Shown: positions 20,791 to 30,292 of the stretch, in pieces
Position numbering within the stretch: position 1 is the first letter of the stretch
Layout of the letters: every line of letters starts with the position of its first letter
From: a virus
Strand: one strand, 5' to 3'
UHGV virus genome: UHGV-0084588
Length of the DNA: 64,000 nt
Position numbers and translations under genes: made by a program
Notes under the pieces: generated by a model
Told to the model about the DNA's origin: nothing
What the model saw: the letters and a program-made list of their open reading frames with translations, nothing else
Databases searched by the model: none

Positions 20791-21339
20791 ATGTATAAAA
20801 TTGCTATTATTGGTTCTCGAGAAACGCCCGAAGACACGATGCAAGAAATGTTGGACGTGTTGCAACGTGGATTCAAAATTCTTCGTAATAAACAGCACAA
20901 TATCGAAACCCGATCGGGGGGTTGTTATAAAGGACCAGACCAATTACAGTTTATGTTAGCACGCACTGAACCAGGTCCACACATTTGCTATTTACCTGAC
21001 GATCGTAAGTTGTGGTTACGTAAGTTACATCCGAACGTGGATTTTCGCGTTATCCCTCAAGACATTCGTTATCGTGGGATTGTGGCATCGCTTCACCCTA
21101 ATCCTGATAAGCTATCGGACATAGCTTGGGCACTGCATGGACGAAACTTAAATATTGTGTCAGGTGATTCTTTGGACGACCATGTAGACGCCGTTTATTA
21201 TTACGCCGAACACGATAAAAAGGGAAATCCAAAGGGTGGGACAGCGATGGGTGTCCGTTATGCGCAGTCGCTGAACATCCCTTGCTACTATCATGTTACC
21301 GACGCATCTAAGTGGTTAGAAGACCTACGCTTATTATGA
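20791..21339 (+). CDS. SLOG-superfamily Rossmann-like protein (DprA/DUF2493-like)
   Basis: IAIIGSRETP followed by a SGG..G.D-like motif and a C-terminal GGTA.G motif resemble the DprA/SLOG nucleotide-binding fold; weak by-eye call. Confidence 0.35.
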   Translation: MYKIAIIGSRETPEDTMQEMLDVLQRGFKILRNKQHNIETRSGGCYKGPDQLQFMLARTEPGPHICYLPDDRKLWLRKLHPNVDFRVIPQDIRYRGIVASLHPNPDKLSDIAWALHGRNLNIVSGDSLDDHVDAVYYYAEHDKKGNPKGGTAMGVRYAQSLNIPCYYHVTDASKWLEDLRLL

Positions 21340-21389
21340 AGTTAGTCAGGGCGGGCTTCTCCCCGCTTTAGCTTAAAATGGGGTAAAGG

Positions 21390-22523
21390 ATGTCAACATT
21401 AGATTCCGATTTAGAAGTCCTTTGCGATGACTACGATCGATTGGTCGCGTTAGAATCGCTTAATGTTAAAGACAATTATCCGACGGTTGTCGCTATCCGA
21501 AAACGGTGGGCTTTAGATGATGTCCACGTTGCGCTGGAGTCTGCAGCGATGATGGAACGCGCGCAATTTGTTGCGGACACCGAGCCTTACGCAGGGGTAG
21601 GTAAAGCGGTCGCACGCGCGACAGGCAGAGCGGTTAAAGGAGTTGGACGCGTTGCTGGAAAAGCAGCGGTGGCAGGAGCCAAAGCGTCTGGAAAAGTCGC
21701 AGGTAAACATTCTAAGCAGCTGGCGTTACGTTTTATCGACTTCGCGGAAGCCGCCGGTAAAGAAGTTATTAATGAACTGAAAGAAGCGACGTCCAAAGCA
21801 TCGTCGTTAGAGCGCAAGCTACAGAAGTTAGAAGCACGTTTAAGTTTACTCGGTATCAAGGACACTTTAAAACCGGTTGACTGTGACACGGGAAGTTGGA
21901 CAACCAAAGTTTGTTTAGAAGACAAACCTAACGTAAAAGCATGTATTGAGTTCAGTAAGAACCTGAGCGCAATGGATGCGATGGTCAACGAGTATACCGT
22001 TAAAACACGTACGTTAATCGGTAAGAGCAAGAAAGTTACCGAAAGCGGTTTGGAGAAAGTGGGTCGGTCAACGAACTGGGCGATTAAACGAAGCGCAGGG
22101 CTGTTCGGTATTATCGATCCGTTTAAAACGGTGAAAGCATATCCGTGGCCAGGTAACGTGGTGGTCGTTGAACACGACAGCGGTAAGATTGAGTGGGCGA
22201 TTGCCCGTGACGGTGATTTTGGTCACACGATCAAATCTCTGAACTTGCACGAAATCGGTTCAGCTCTTGATGCTGTTAGAAACATTATCCGGGCGTTACG
22301 TCAGCGTGGTACGAAACGACGTAGCGTTGGGTATACAGGAATTTATGATGAAATTCAACGTATGCGTAAGGAACTTAAGTCGCTTGAAGGGCGGGAGTTA
22401 CGCGACGCTACCGTACGTTATAAAAACGCACTGCGTTTAGAAGATGCGTTTACTACCTCGTTAGTGCGCGTTGCGGAAGGATTACTGGAATGGTGCAGGT
22501 TGTCGCTGATTGAGGTTAAATAA
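21390..22523 (+). CDS. hypothetical protein with Ala/Gly/Lys-rich repeat region (377 aa)
   Basis: ORF with internal low-complexity segment (GVGKAVARATGRAVKGVGRVAGKAAVAGAKASGKVAGK). Confidence 0.55.
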   Translation: MSTLDSDLEVLCDDYDRLVALESLNVKDNYPTVVAIRKRWALDDVHVALESAAMMERAQFVADTEPYAGVGKAVARATGRAVKGVGRVAGKAAVAGAKASGKVAGKHSKQLALRFIDFAEAAGKEVINELKEATSKASSLERKLQKLEARLSLLGIKDTLKPVDCDTGSWTTKVCLEDKPNVKACIEFSKNLSAMDAMVNEYTVKTRTLIGKSKKVTESGLEKVGRSTNWAIKRSAGLFGIIDPFKTVKAYPWPGNVVVVEHDSGKIEWAIARDGDFGHTIKSLNLHEIGSALDAVRNIIRALRQRGTKRRSVGYTGIYDEIQRMRKELKSLEGRELRDATVRYKNALRLEDAFTTSLVRVAEGLLEWCRLSLIEVK

Positions 22524-22990
22524 TGCGTATCACTATTATTCTCAAACCCGACAGTAAATACGGAAAGTTATATGGCGACCAGGTACTCAAACTGCACAAC
22601 ATGTTGTTCGCAGAAGAGAAGGTTCGTATTAGTCAGTTAACCGGTCGCGACACGTTCAACCCAATTGAGCACCTAGAAGAGATTTGGCCTCAAGATTATC
22701 TCTGTGCGTGTGCGGTGGACGACAACGAACAACTTTTGGGTTTCATGACGTTTTCAATGGGTTCTTGCTCAAAGGACACATTTGTTTATATTGGGAACTA
22801 CTACGTGATTCCCGAAGCGCGTTCTCAAGGAGTAGGACGTGCGCTTATGGACAAAGTCCGTGAATACGGAAAGTCCAAAGGTTGTGGTTGGATGAGTTTG
22901 GATGTGTTAGACAACAACGTTAAAGCTATCTCCTTGTATGAGAAAATGGGATTCCGTACCGAATGCAGGGAAATGATAAAGGAAATCTAA
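22523..22990 (+). CDS. GNAT-family N-acetyltransferase (155 aa)
   Basis: Motif ARSQGVGRALMDKV..G matches the GNAT acetyl-CoA binding loop; start overlaps the upstream stop (TAATG). Confidence 0.65.
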   Translation: MRITIILKPDSKYGKLYGDQVLKLHNMLFAEEKVRISQLTGRDTFNPIEHLEEIWPQDYLCACAVDDNEQLLGFMTFSMGSCSKDTFVYIGNYYVIPEARSQGVGRALMDKVREYGKSKGCGWMSLDVLDNNVKAISLYEKMGFRTECREMIKEI

Positions 22991-22991
22991 A

Positions 22992-23624
22992 ATGGCTGCA
23001 AGATTCGTACCGTTTCACGACGGGTCTAGATATACTTTTGGTGTAGAGCGTTACGCTGTGGGTTTTCGTCCTGGTTGGCGAGTGGTACGAATCGATAAGG
23101 CGTGTTGGTGTTTACCGACGGGCATTTTTGATTACTTTACACCTGAAGCTTTAACGCGGTTTGTTTCTCTGGGTTCGCCCACCCAACGTGCTGCGTGGGA
23201 AAAGAATATTCGTTGTCGTTATTTAGGTAAAACACGAAACGCCACAGCACGGGCTGTTTATCACGTTGGGAGTCGTTGGTTGCATGTCGAACCGACACAC
23301 CCACGATGTGCAGTGACGCCCTTTAATGGGGAGTATAAAGGTCAGGTATACACAGGGTTGCATTTTGCTTTTCCAGACAACCCCGAACTGAATTACTTTT
23401 TAGCCACCCCGAAGGACGTTACGTTAGCTACGTTCTATAAATACCTTTTGTTCTATCCTGCGTATGTCGTTGCAGAATTTGAACACAAAGCATTTCCTCT
23501 GCCATACGGTAGAGACAGGAGATTAGCAGGATGTTCTATCGAGAACTTCAGCAATACACCGACGCTCTCCGAAAAGCGACCATCGATGCAGACAACAACC
23601 TCAGAGATGTCGTTAGCGCTATAG
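22992..23624 (+). CDS. hypothetical protein (210 aa)
   Basis: ORF 2 nt after the previous stop. Confidence 0.5.
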   Translation: MAARFVPFHDGSRYTFGVERYAVGFRPGWRVVRIDKACWCLPTGIFDYFTPEALTRFVSLGSPTQRAAWEKNIRCRYLGKTRNATARAVYHVGSRWLHVEPTHPRCAVTPFNGEYKGQVYTGLHFAFPDNPELNYFLATPKDVTLATFYKYLLFYPAYVVAEFEHKAFPLPYGRDRRLAGCSIENFSNTPTLSEKRPSMQTTTSEMSLAL

Positions 23625-23902
23625 AACAGTGTTCGGATGTATTGTATGCGGAAACGATTGAATCGCCAACTCACGATGGTGTGAAATCGCTCCAGCTACA
23701 CGTTTGTAGTAAGCACGGTAGTCTGTCGTTAAACTTCCGTGTAGGTTTAGATTATTACATGGTTCGTAAGAGCTATTTAAGTTGTGACGGCGACCTCTAT
23801 CCGGTTGTCTGGAACAACGATTATTCTAAGTTTGTTTATCCGCTTGAAGAACACCGACGCACGGTTTACGAATTTGTGAAAGCTGTTCTTGAGGGGTTCT
23901 AA
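23531..23902 (+). CDS. hypothetical protein (123 aa)
   Basis: ORF with SD aggaga before the ATG; overlaps the upstream gene by 94 nt in another frame. Confidence 0.4.
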   Translation: MFYRELQQYTDALRKATIDADNNLRDVVSAIEQCSDVLYAETIESPTHDGVKSLQLHVCSKHGSLSLNFRVGLDYYMVRKSYLSCDGDLYPVVWNNDYSKFVYPLEEHRRTVYEFVKAVLEGF

Positions 23903-23916
23903 GAGAGGGCCTTGTA

Positions 23917-24522
23917 ATGTCAGAGATGATTCTCGATTCATTACTATTGATTACAGTATCGTACATCAACAAAACGGGCAAGTTGCCTAAACGTGGCGTT
24001 ACTATCGAACGTGACGGGTTTAAACACCGCTACCCCTTAACGAAAATTTTGGATTTAGCTGCACGTTTAGCCAAGATGCGTCGACCAAATAGCGAAGCGG
24101 CACCGAAATACGTTTTGCTGGTTTTACAACGTGCGATTTCTGAGGTGCGTCGTAAACGCCGCCGCGCCGCGTTTCGATTTTATCCAAACTCGACGCAACA
24201 AGTGGTGGGGGAATATAACGATATGGTTGTTGATCTTCGTGCAGGTCGGAGTAATGTAACCGGGCTGGCGTATAACCGCCTTAAACGCATTCTGGACGAC
24301 AGTGATGCTTTAACCACACCACAGGAGGGGCAAGCGGCTCTAACGCTTCTACGTGGCGCTGAGCTCGTTATTGTAGACACCGCCGTGCAGGCAGCAAGAA
24401 TGCAACATTATCTTGCTAAACAAGGGCTAGTCTTGCTCTGCGTAACATCCGCACAGGCTGCTAACCTTACCACGCCGGAAACGTCGGAAGTGTGGAGTGA
24501 TCCGATTGTTGATCATCAATAA
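23917..24522 (+). CDS. hypothetical protein (201 aa)
   Basis: ORF followed by a terminator at 24530-24565. Confidence 0.5.
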   Translation: MSEMILDSLLLITVSYINKTGKLPKRGVTIERDGFKHRYPLTKILDLAARLAKMRRPNSEAAPKYVLLVLQRAISEVRRKRRRAAFRFYPNSTQQVVGEYNDMVVDLRAGRSNVTGLAYNRLKRILDDSDALTTPQEGQAALTLLRGAELVIVDTAVQAARMQHYLAKQGLVLLCVTSAQAANLTTPETSEVWSDPIVDHQ

Positions 24523-24529
24523 AACCTTA

Positions 24530-24565
24530 CCCCTACTTAACGGTAGGGGCGGGTTTCTTTTTTAT
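24530..24565 (+). terminator. rho-independent terminator
   Basis: CCCCTAC-ttaacg-GTAGGGG followed by cgggtttcttttttatt. Confidence 0.6.
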
Positions 24566-24614
24566 TGTAAATTATTACAACTGTTACTCTCATTGTGAGA
24601 GGTTTCACTTAACG
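24566..24614 (+). promoter_or_regulatory. promoter-like AT-rich motif plus palindrome (variant copy)
   Basis: aaATTATTACaactgttaCTCTCAttgTGAGAGgtttCACTTAACg upstream of the kinase-like gene at 24637. Confidence 0.35.
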
Positions 24615-24636
24615 TGCGTAAAAAGGTAAAACTATA

Positions 24637-25260
24637 ATGCTTAAGACAGTATCTATTGATGGTCCTGATTTTTCTGGGAAATCAACGTTGTGTAAAATGG
24701 TAAAAGCGATGTTGGAGTCCGCAGGATTAAAAGTGTGTATTCGGAACCATCCGACGTCTGAAACCGAGGCGGGCATTCGTGCACGTAGCTTGGTTGTACA
24801 GTCTGCTTCGAAAACAAAAATTGCTGAAGCAATGTGTGATGATTTCCTTCACACGTTGGACCATGTTGTTGACGAGTACGATGTCGTTATTTTCGATCGC
24901 TTCTGTCCTTCAACGATCGTTTATCAGGGGACAGATGGTAAGGATGTGGTTTTCCAACGTAAACTAACTCGTCATTTCCACACTCCTGACCTTTATGTTT
25001 GGACAGATGTTGATTACCCAACAGCGTTAGCGCGATTTAAGAAACGCGTAGAAGAACAAGGTAAGAATTGGGATGATGAGGTACTTACTGTTAAGTATCT
25101 AAAGGACAACCAATGTTGGGATGGCTTACGCGACCATTATCGTTTCGCACATCACATCTTAACAGAAGGCGGTTGTCTTCACACGTTATTACCGGTAACG
25201 CAGAATGACGATTACCGTTTGAAAGCTGCAGAGATTGTTACGCATATTTTAGCAAACTAA
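24637..25260 (+). CDS. P-loop nucleotide kinase, thymidylate/dNMP kinase-like
   Basis: N-terminal P-loop IDGPDFSGKST and a DRF..ST.VYQG motif reminiscent of the thymidylate kinase DR(Y/F) motif. Confidence 0.5.
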   Translation: MLKTVSIDGPDFSGKSTLCKMVKAMLESAGLKVCIRNHPTSETEAGIRARSLVVQSASKTKIAEAMCDDFLHTLDHVVDEYDVVIFDRFCPSTIVYQGTDGKDVVFQRKLTRHFHTPDLYVWTDVDYPTALARFKKRVEEQGKNWDDEVLTVKYLKDNQCWDGLRDHYRFAHHILTEGGCLHTLLPVTQNDDYRLKAAEIVTHILAN

Positions 25261-25268
25261 CCGCTTAG

Positions 25269-25304
25269 GTACCACCCAACGGTGGTGCCTATATTTTATT
25301 TTTT
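25269..25304 (+). terminator. rho-independent terminator, immediately upstream of a promoter-like element
   Basis: GGTACCACC-caac-GGTGGTGCC followed by tatattttatttttt. Confidence 0.55.
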
Positions 25305-25350
25305 CTCAGATATATATTACTTAAGTGAGAGTTACAATTAACTCTTTACA
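25305..25350 (+). promoter_or_regulatory. conserved promoter-like element with downstream inverted repeat
   Basis: CTCAGATATATATTACttaaGTGAGAGTT...AACTCT, 45-75 nt upstream of the HTH gene. Confidence 0.45.
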
Positions 25351-25379
25351 CTGAGTTGTTAACCTAAAGGAGTATTACC

Positions 25380-25739
25380 ATGGCTTACAATCACAATTCC
25401 ATCGTTCTGACAAAACGTAAATTCGGTCTTCACTTGTCTTACGTAATTCGTCATTTGACCACGAAAGATATTACTCAGCGTGAGCTTGCCCAGCTTGCGA
25501 AAGTTTCACAACCCGTTATCTCATCTATTAAGAACGATCACTCAGAACGTTTAAGCTTACCGATTATGATGAAAGTTGCTGATGCGATTCGTTTGAAGTA
25601 TCAGATTAGTTTTAATTCCGTTAAGGGTCGTTGCTCAGTAACTGTCCACGTAGAGTCCGCATTGGACTACGTTGCAAACACCTCCATTAAACGCACCACG
25701 AAGAATGTGCGTTTTATCACTAACACCGCAGCACACTAA
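25380..25739 (+). CDS. XRE-family helix-turn-helix DNA-binding protein
   Basis: ITQRELAQLAKVSQPVISSIKN matches the Cro/C1-type HTH pattern; a promoter-like element lies directly upstream. Confidence 0.5.
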   Translation: MAYNHNSIVLTKRKFGLHLSYVIRHLTTKDITQRELAQLAKVSQPVISSIKNDHSERLSLPIMMKVADAIRLKYQISFNSVKGRCSVTVHVESALDYVANTSIKRTTKNVRFITNTAAH

Positions 25740-25760
25740 TCAACCTGAAGGAGTATTATC

Positions 25761-26432
25761 ATGCCACCGAAAATTGGTAAAACCGTAATTGAAGAAACTG
25801 TAAAGAACGAGACTAAAGCCAACGAAGTTCAACATGCTGCGAAGGTTGAACTTTTACCCTGCGTTAATGAAATACTCGGGGTGAAATTCTTAACTTTTAG
25901 CCCGTATACTGACCTGGTTTTCGATTTTTATCAAGACCAGCCTTTCAACCTATTCACACTTGTCTGCACTTATAATGGCGATGTTCTGGCAGTTGCTCCT
26001 GGTCTTAATAGAGACAAGTTACTTACAGGTACGGTTATTACTGAAATTCTTCTGCGGTTAATGCATAAGTTTGAAGGACCTGAACTTGACAAAATTGCTG
26101 TTAAGTTAGCTGACTTACTAATCAATGCTGTCACCTGGTTGAGTTTTAACCCTTCTATCTATTTCCATTTCAATACAAATATTCTTCACGCCGTAACAGA
26201 CGATGGTAAAAAGTATCGCATCTTAATTAAGGGTGGGGTGCAACAACCTTTGTTCTCTAGACAAAACTGCCATATTAAGTTTTCGCCTGACTTGGTAGAA
26301 GTTTACGGCCAGCGAGTAGCGGCTGGCCACTACGATACCCATCTCAGATTTTTCAATTACCTGTATGAAAAATTAGGGAAAGCTGGCTTGACACCCAATC
26401 TTGCTTTCACAAGTTCTGCCCCTTTTGCGTGA
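25761..26432 (+). CDS. hypothetical protein (223 aa)
   Basis: ORF with SD gaaggag; terminator downstream. Confidence 0.55.
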   Translation: MPPKIGKTVIEETVKNETKANEVQHAAKVELLPCVNEILGVKFLTFSPYTDLVFDFYQDQPFNLFTLVCTYNGDVLAVAPGLNRDKLLTGTVITEILLRLMHKFEGPELDKIAVKLADLLINAVTWLSFNPSIYFHFNTNILHAVTDDGKKYRILIKGGVQQPLFSRQNCHIKFSPDLVEVYGQRVAAGHYDTHLRFFNYLYEKLGKAGLTPNLAFTSSAPFA

Positions 26433-26444
26433 TGTTTAATAATT

Positions 26445-26478
26445 GGGGAACTTCGGTTCCCCTTTCTTTTTTGTTTTT
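26445..26478 (+). terminator. rho-independent terminator
   Basis: GGGGAAC-ttcg-GTTCCCC followed by tttcttttttgttttt. Confidence 0.65.
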
Positions 26479-26526
26479 ACAGCTTTAGCGTATTGTTTTG
26501 AGACGACCTTTTAAGGAGTAATTAAC

Positions 26527-27525
26527 ATGGCTTTTAGGAAGACTATAGAACGTACCGCCACGGATTTAACAGTAGGTCGGTTGGCACGTAGAGATATTCG
26601 CAACCCTCAACTTCAGGCTTGTTTATCGGGTCCTAACGGTGCGGTGATTCGTGAGGCGTTGTGCAATAGTGAACTGAATACGTTCTCTTTACAAAAAGGA
26701 AAAACAATTCAAGGGTTTATCATCACAAAACACATTTACGGCGACCCAACGTTACACTGCTTGTATATGCATGAGATTGTACCGGGTTGTTTGAACAAAC
26801 TGAACCTACTACTGGTACTCGACTATACCGGTTTTACGTACCTTAACCGAATTGCCAGTGGTGTAGAAGAAATCGCTGAGCTTAATGACCTGGGATTTAG
26901 ACACGCCCACTCTACGTACCGTTTAGGCACACGTAAGTTACTGGATGTCGCACTACCAACGAACGTGAAGAACATCTCTGGCGATTTTTATAAAGAGTTA
27001 ACTGCCACACAACGCGAACAGCTTATGTTGCTTTTGGGTACGAGCGTCGTTGAAAACATCAACGCTGACCCTGTGGGCCGCACACGACAAATCATGCCAC
27101 AAGTCGAAACGTTGGTGGAATTAGTACGTCACGTCAACCACCACACCTACGTTTGGATGGACGGCAACGATGTTGTGGGCGTGGTGCAAGTTAAATTGCG
27201 TAATCTTAACGAGTGTGAATTAAAAGCCATTGCGGTGAGTGAAACACACCGGGGGCGTGGTATCGGACGGACTTTGTTATACCGTGCTCTGCAGATTGCA
27301 TCGACAACAGCGGCACCATTGGAGATAGGGTGTTTCAATAACAACCCTGCATTTAGACACCTGGTCGTCGAATTATTTAAATTTCGGCCCTACGATTACG
27401 AATTTGTTTTAGTGCGCGACGATGACGTCGTCAGTTGGGAGCGTCGGAAAAATCGTGTCGAGTTGGTGTTAGGCGACGAAGTGTCATCGTTACAAGGCGG
27501 ATATAATGCGGAAACCAATTATTAA
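26527..27525 (+). CDS. protein with C-terminal GNAT acetyltransferase domain (332 aa)
   Basis: C-terminal AIAVSETHRGRGIGRTLLYRALQIA matches the GNAT acetyl-CoA binding motif; N-terminal half unassigned. Confidence 0.55.
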   Translation: MAFRKTIERTATDLTVGRLARRDIRNPQLQACLSGPNGAVIREALCNSELNTFSLQKGKTIQGFIITKHIYGDPTLHCLYMHEIVPGCLNKLNLLLVLDYTGFTYLNRIASGVEEIAELNDLGFRHAHSTYRLGTRKLLDVALPTNVKNISGDFYKELTATQREQLMLLLGTSVVENINADPVGRTRQIMPQVETLVELVRHVNHHTYVWMDGNDVVGVVQVKLRNLNECELKAIAVSETHRGRGIGRTLLYRALQIASTTAAPLEIGCFNNNPAFRHLVVELFKFRPYDYEFVLVRDDDVVSWERRKNRVELVLGDEVSSLQGGYNAETNY

Positions 27526-28321
27526 GTGGATGGGTGGGAAAACACGTGTTTTAGGGGAATTACAAAAGGTCTTACCTAAACGTACAACCTTTGTAGAACC
27601 GTTTGTGGGTGCAGGGTCTGTTTTCCTAAATACGAACTACAGCCGGTATATTTTATCGGATTCTAACCCTGATTTGATACGCTTACTTTGCGTTGCGCGT
27701 GAACAGCCTGAAGAACTGATCGCTGCGTCGCAGCCGTTGTTCTTAGACGGTAATACCACTGTAAAGTATATGGAGCGTCGTGAGCTGTTTAATAGCGGTA
27801 AAACAATGTCAGAAGTTGAACGGGCAGCGATGTTTTTATACTTAATGCGTCACGGTTATAACGGGATGTGTCGTTATAACGGTAGCGGTGGGTTCAATGT
27901 TCCGTTTGGACGTTACCCGAATGGGGTTTATTATCCGTTAGAAGAAATTCGGGATTGGGCTAAACGTTGCGCAGAAGTCGACTATCTGGAGATTGTTTGT
28001 GAGGACTTTCGTTCCGTATTAGCACGGACGCCTGAGGATGCTGTGATTTATGCTGATCCTCCGTATATTCCGTTATCGGATACCGCGAAACATGCGCAAT
28101 ACCACCGTAAAGAATTCTCACAAACGGATCATCGAGAATTAGCCAAGTTACTACAGCAGCAGGTGGAACGTGGCAACAGTGTCGTGTTGTCAAATGCAGA
28201 CACCCTGCTCACCCGAGAAATTTATTACGGTTTTGAGTGGCGCAGTATTGAGGTCGGTCGCTATATGGGTGCGTCTGGCGCTGCTCGGAAAACGGTGACT
28301 GAATTACTGGGAGTGCTCTAA
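27506..28321 (+). CDS. dam: DNA adenine methyltransferase (Dam-type, GATC N6-adenine MTase)
   Basis: Near collinear with E. coli Dam as I recall it: KWMGGK, VEPFVGAGSVFLNT..SRYIL, FLYLMRHGYNGMCRYN, catalytic DPPY, TREIY. Confidence 0.95.
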   Translation: MRKPIIKWMGGKTRVLGELQKVLPKRTTFVEPFVGAGSVFLNTNYSRYILSDSNPDLIRLLCVAREQPEELIAASQPLFLDGNTTVKYMERRELFNSGKTMSEVERAAMFLYLMRHGYNGMCRYNGSGGFNVPFGRYPNGVYYPLEEIRDWAKRCAEVDYLEIVCEDFRSVLARTPEDAVIYADPPYIPLSDTAKHAQYHRKEFSQTDHRELAKLLQQQVERGNSVVLSNADTLLTREIYYGFEWRSIEVGRYMGASGAARKTVTELLGVL

Positions 28322-29094
28322 TGCGCATAGTGGATATTCACGATTATCGTAATGACCATTTAGCAATTGGTGTCGACGGGAAAATGGTTTCACTAACCCG
28401 TGTACGGAAAGGGTTACTGGAAAAGGACGTCATTCGCGAGTCTGAAGATCCGACCTTTATCATTCTTTCGAACACGAATCAGCTACAAGGAATCTTCTCC
28501 GGTCGTGTCGATGGTAAGTTTTTCTACATGTCGGCAATCGTTGTGTTTGCGAAGAAGAAAATTAATTTCGCACAACTCAAACGTTTGTTAAAAGTGGAGA
28601 TGTTTGATGTCACATACCCTGCCAACGACCTAAAACGTCGTGACCAGTTAATGGTGTATTTGGGTATGCAGCCGACGTCTATCGACTATGACCTGACGTT
28701 TACTGAAGAACCTGAAGTTCGCACCGATTTACCTGATGTAGATGATATTGAATCTCTAACGTTAGAAGAAACGTTTACGATCCCTAAGGTGGTTAATGTC
28801 AGTTTAGATACATACTGTCTGGGATTGTTAGCTATTGGGGCTGCTGAAGGGCTGTGCTGTCGTAAAGACGGTAAAGTTGAAGGTATCTTAGTCTATTCGA
28901 AAATCAACGAAAAGACGTTTGCAACCGAAGGTTTCTTTTATAACGACTGTACTTACGGGATTGCGCTCTTGACCACATACTACCGTATTGCGTATTTAAA
29001 GGGTGCAACCGTGCGTCTTACTTTTCCATACTCAGCACCTCCAGCAATGTCTGGTGTTGAGGTAGAAGCATTAACTGGCCATTTTATCTTTTAA
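28321..29094 (+). CDS. hypothetical protein (257 aa)
   Basis: ORF start overlaps the Dam stop (TAATG). Confidence 0.55.
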   Translation: MRIVDIHDYRNDHLAIGVDGKMVSLTRVRKGLLEKDVIRESEDPTFIILSNTNQLQGIFSGRVDGKFFYMSAIVVFAKKKINFAQLKRLLKVEMFDVTYPANDLKRRDQLMVYLGMQPTSIDYDLTFTEEPEVRTDLPDVDDIESLTLEETFTIPKVVNVSLDTYCLGLLAIGAAEGLCCRKDGKVEGILVYSKINEKTFATEGFFYNDCTYGIALLTTYYRIAYLKGATVRLTFPYSAPPAMSGVEVEALTGHFIF

Positions 29095-29103
29095 GGACAT
29101 TGA

Positions 29104-29331
29104 ATGGAAATCAAGCGTATTGTAACCAAAGACAAAAAGATTACTTATGTCGCAGGTGATAACGAATTCTCGGCGGTTATTAATGACGAGAACGTGCTGA
29201 TTATCGGTTATCCGGGTAAAGTTATTACCCGCAGTCATCAGCGCGTGATTGACAAGCTTATCGCCAAAGCAAAAGCGCGCGACGGTGTTGGTTCAGTACA
29301 AACCCATACCGGGTTAACGTTGGCTCTCTAG
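29104..29331 (+). CDS. hypothetical small protein (75 aa)
   Basis: Short ORF in operon context. Confidence 0.4.
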   Translation: MEIKRIVTKDKKITYVAGDNEFSAVINDENVLIIGYPGKVITRSHQRVIDKLIAKAKARDGVGSVQTHTGLTLAL

Positions 29332-29369
29332 CCAGCAGGTAATATGACCTCTTAACTGGAGACTTAGAG

Positions 29370-29876
29370 ATGAAAGAGACTCTGGATTTTAATCAGCTGG
29401 AGCAGCACGATTTTGATCTCGGTGTTCGCGACTTAGAAACTGACTACGAAACACGTTGTAAAGAATTCTTTAATCGCTACGGGCAATTGATTACCGGGGC
29501 ATCTGAAGACACCGAATTCTCGTTAGACGATTTCGAAAAGATTCTGTCTTGCTTTATCACCGACAGCTTAGCGAAACAGGCATTGCTGGTAGAACAGAAC
29601 CTGCAAATGGTGGAGCCTACAGATGCTCACGCTGTGCTAAAAGAATCCATTATTCCGAACGACGAAATTATGGATGCGGTAGCAGGTATTCGTGGTACGT
29701 TCGACACAGCCGTAGAAGACTATGCCGAACAGCTTCGTGAGTCTGGGCTAACGTTGTGTGCGCCTGCGGGCGAACAGCTACCTTCTGAAGAAGAAACGGA
29801 AGAAGCACGTAATCGCTTAGCGCGTTATGTGATTACTTCTGTGTTAGTAGACGATCGCGAAGAAAACGTACTGTAA
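29370..29876 (+). CDS. highly acidic protein (168 aa)
   Basis: Asp/Glu-rich throughout; terminator downstream. Confidence 0.5.
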   Translation: MKETLDFNQLEQHDFDLGVRDLETDYETRCKEFFNRYGQLITGASEDTEFSLDDFEKILSCFITDSLAKQALLVEQNLQMVEPTDAHAVLKESIIPNDEIMDAVAGIRGTFDTAVEDYAEQLRESGLTLCAPAGEQLPSEEETEEARNRLARYVITSVLVDDREENVL

Positions 29877-29881
29877 ACCTT

Positions 29882-29918
29882 CCCTCTCTCCGTTTGGAGA
29901 GAGGGAGTATTTATTTTT
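29882..29918 (+). terminator. rho-independent terminator (hairpin copy 1)
   Basis: CCCTCTCTCC-gttt-GGAGAGAGGG followed by agtatttattttt; same hairpin as 30929-30952. Confidence 0.65.
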
Positions 29919-29974
29919 ACGCTTTCGCGTCTAATTATGCACACGTAAACAAAATTAATTGAGGAACAGCTTAA

Positions 29975-30292
29975 ATGTGGTTAAGTGCGATTCACCGTGA
30001 TTTACCAAAACAAGAAATGGTATTTACCGTTGGGGAACCAGCAACTGTAGTAGGTGTTGCTAAGTTCGAAAGGGTGGAAGAAGGTCAATTCGTCGTAGTA
30101 GACGACAACGAGAACGAATTCATGTTGTTCCACCCTGAGGTCGATACCTCTGAAATCTGTGAGGGTTCTCTTCTGTTGTCCTGGCAAAACCCTGAAACCG
30201 GTGCATGGATGTGGTGTGTTGCTAAACCGACAAATGAAGCCGGAACCGCATACGTGTTTGGGGAAACTTATGTCGAGCCAAAACCACACTAA
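29975..30292 (+). CDS. hypothetical protein (105 aa)
   Basis: ORF after a terminator. Confidence 0.45.
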   Translation: MWLSAIHRDLPKQEMVFTVGEPATVVGVAKFERVEEGQFVVVDDNENEFMLFHPEVDTSEICEGSLLLSWQNPETGAWMWCVAKPTNEAGTAYVFGETYVEPKPH

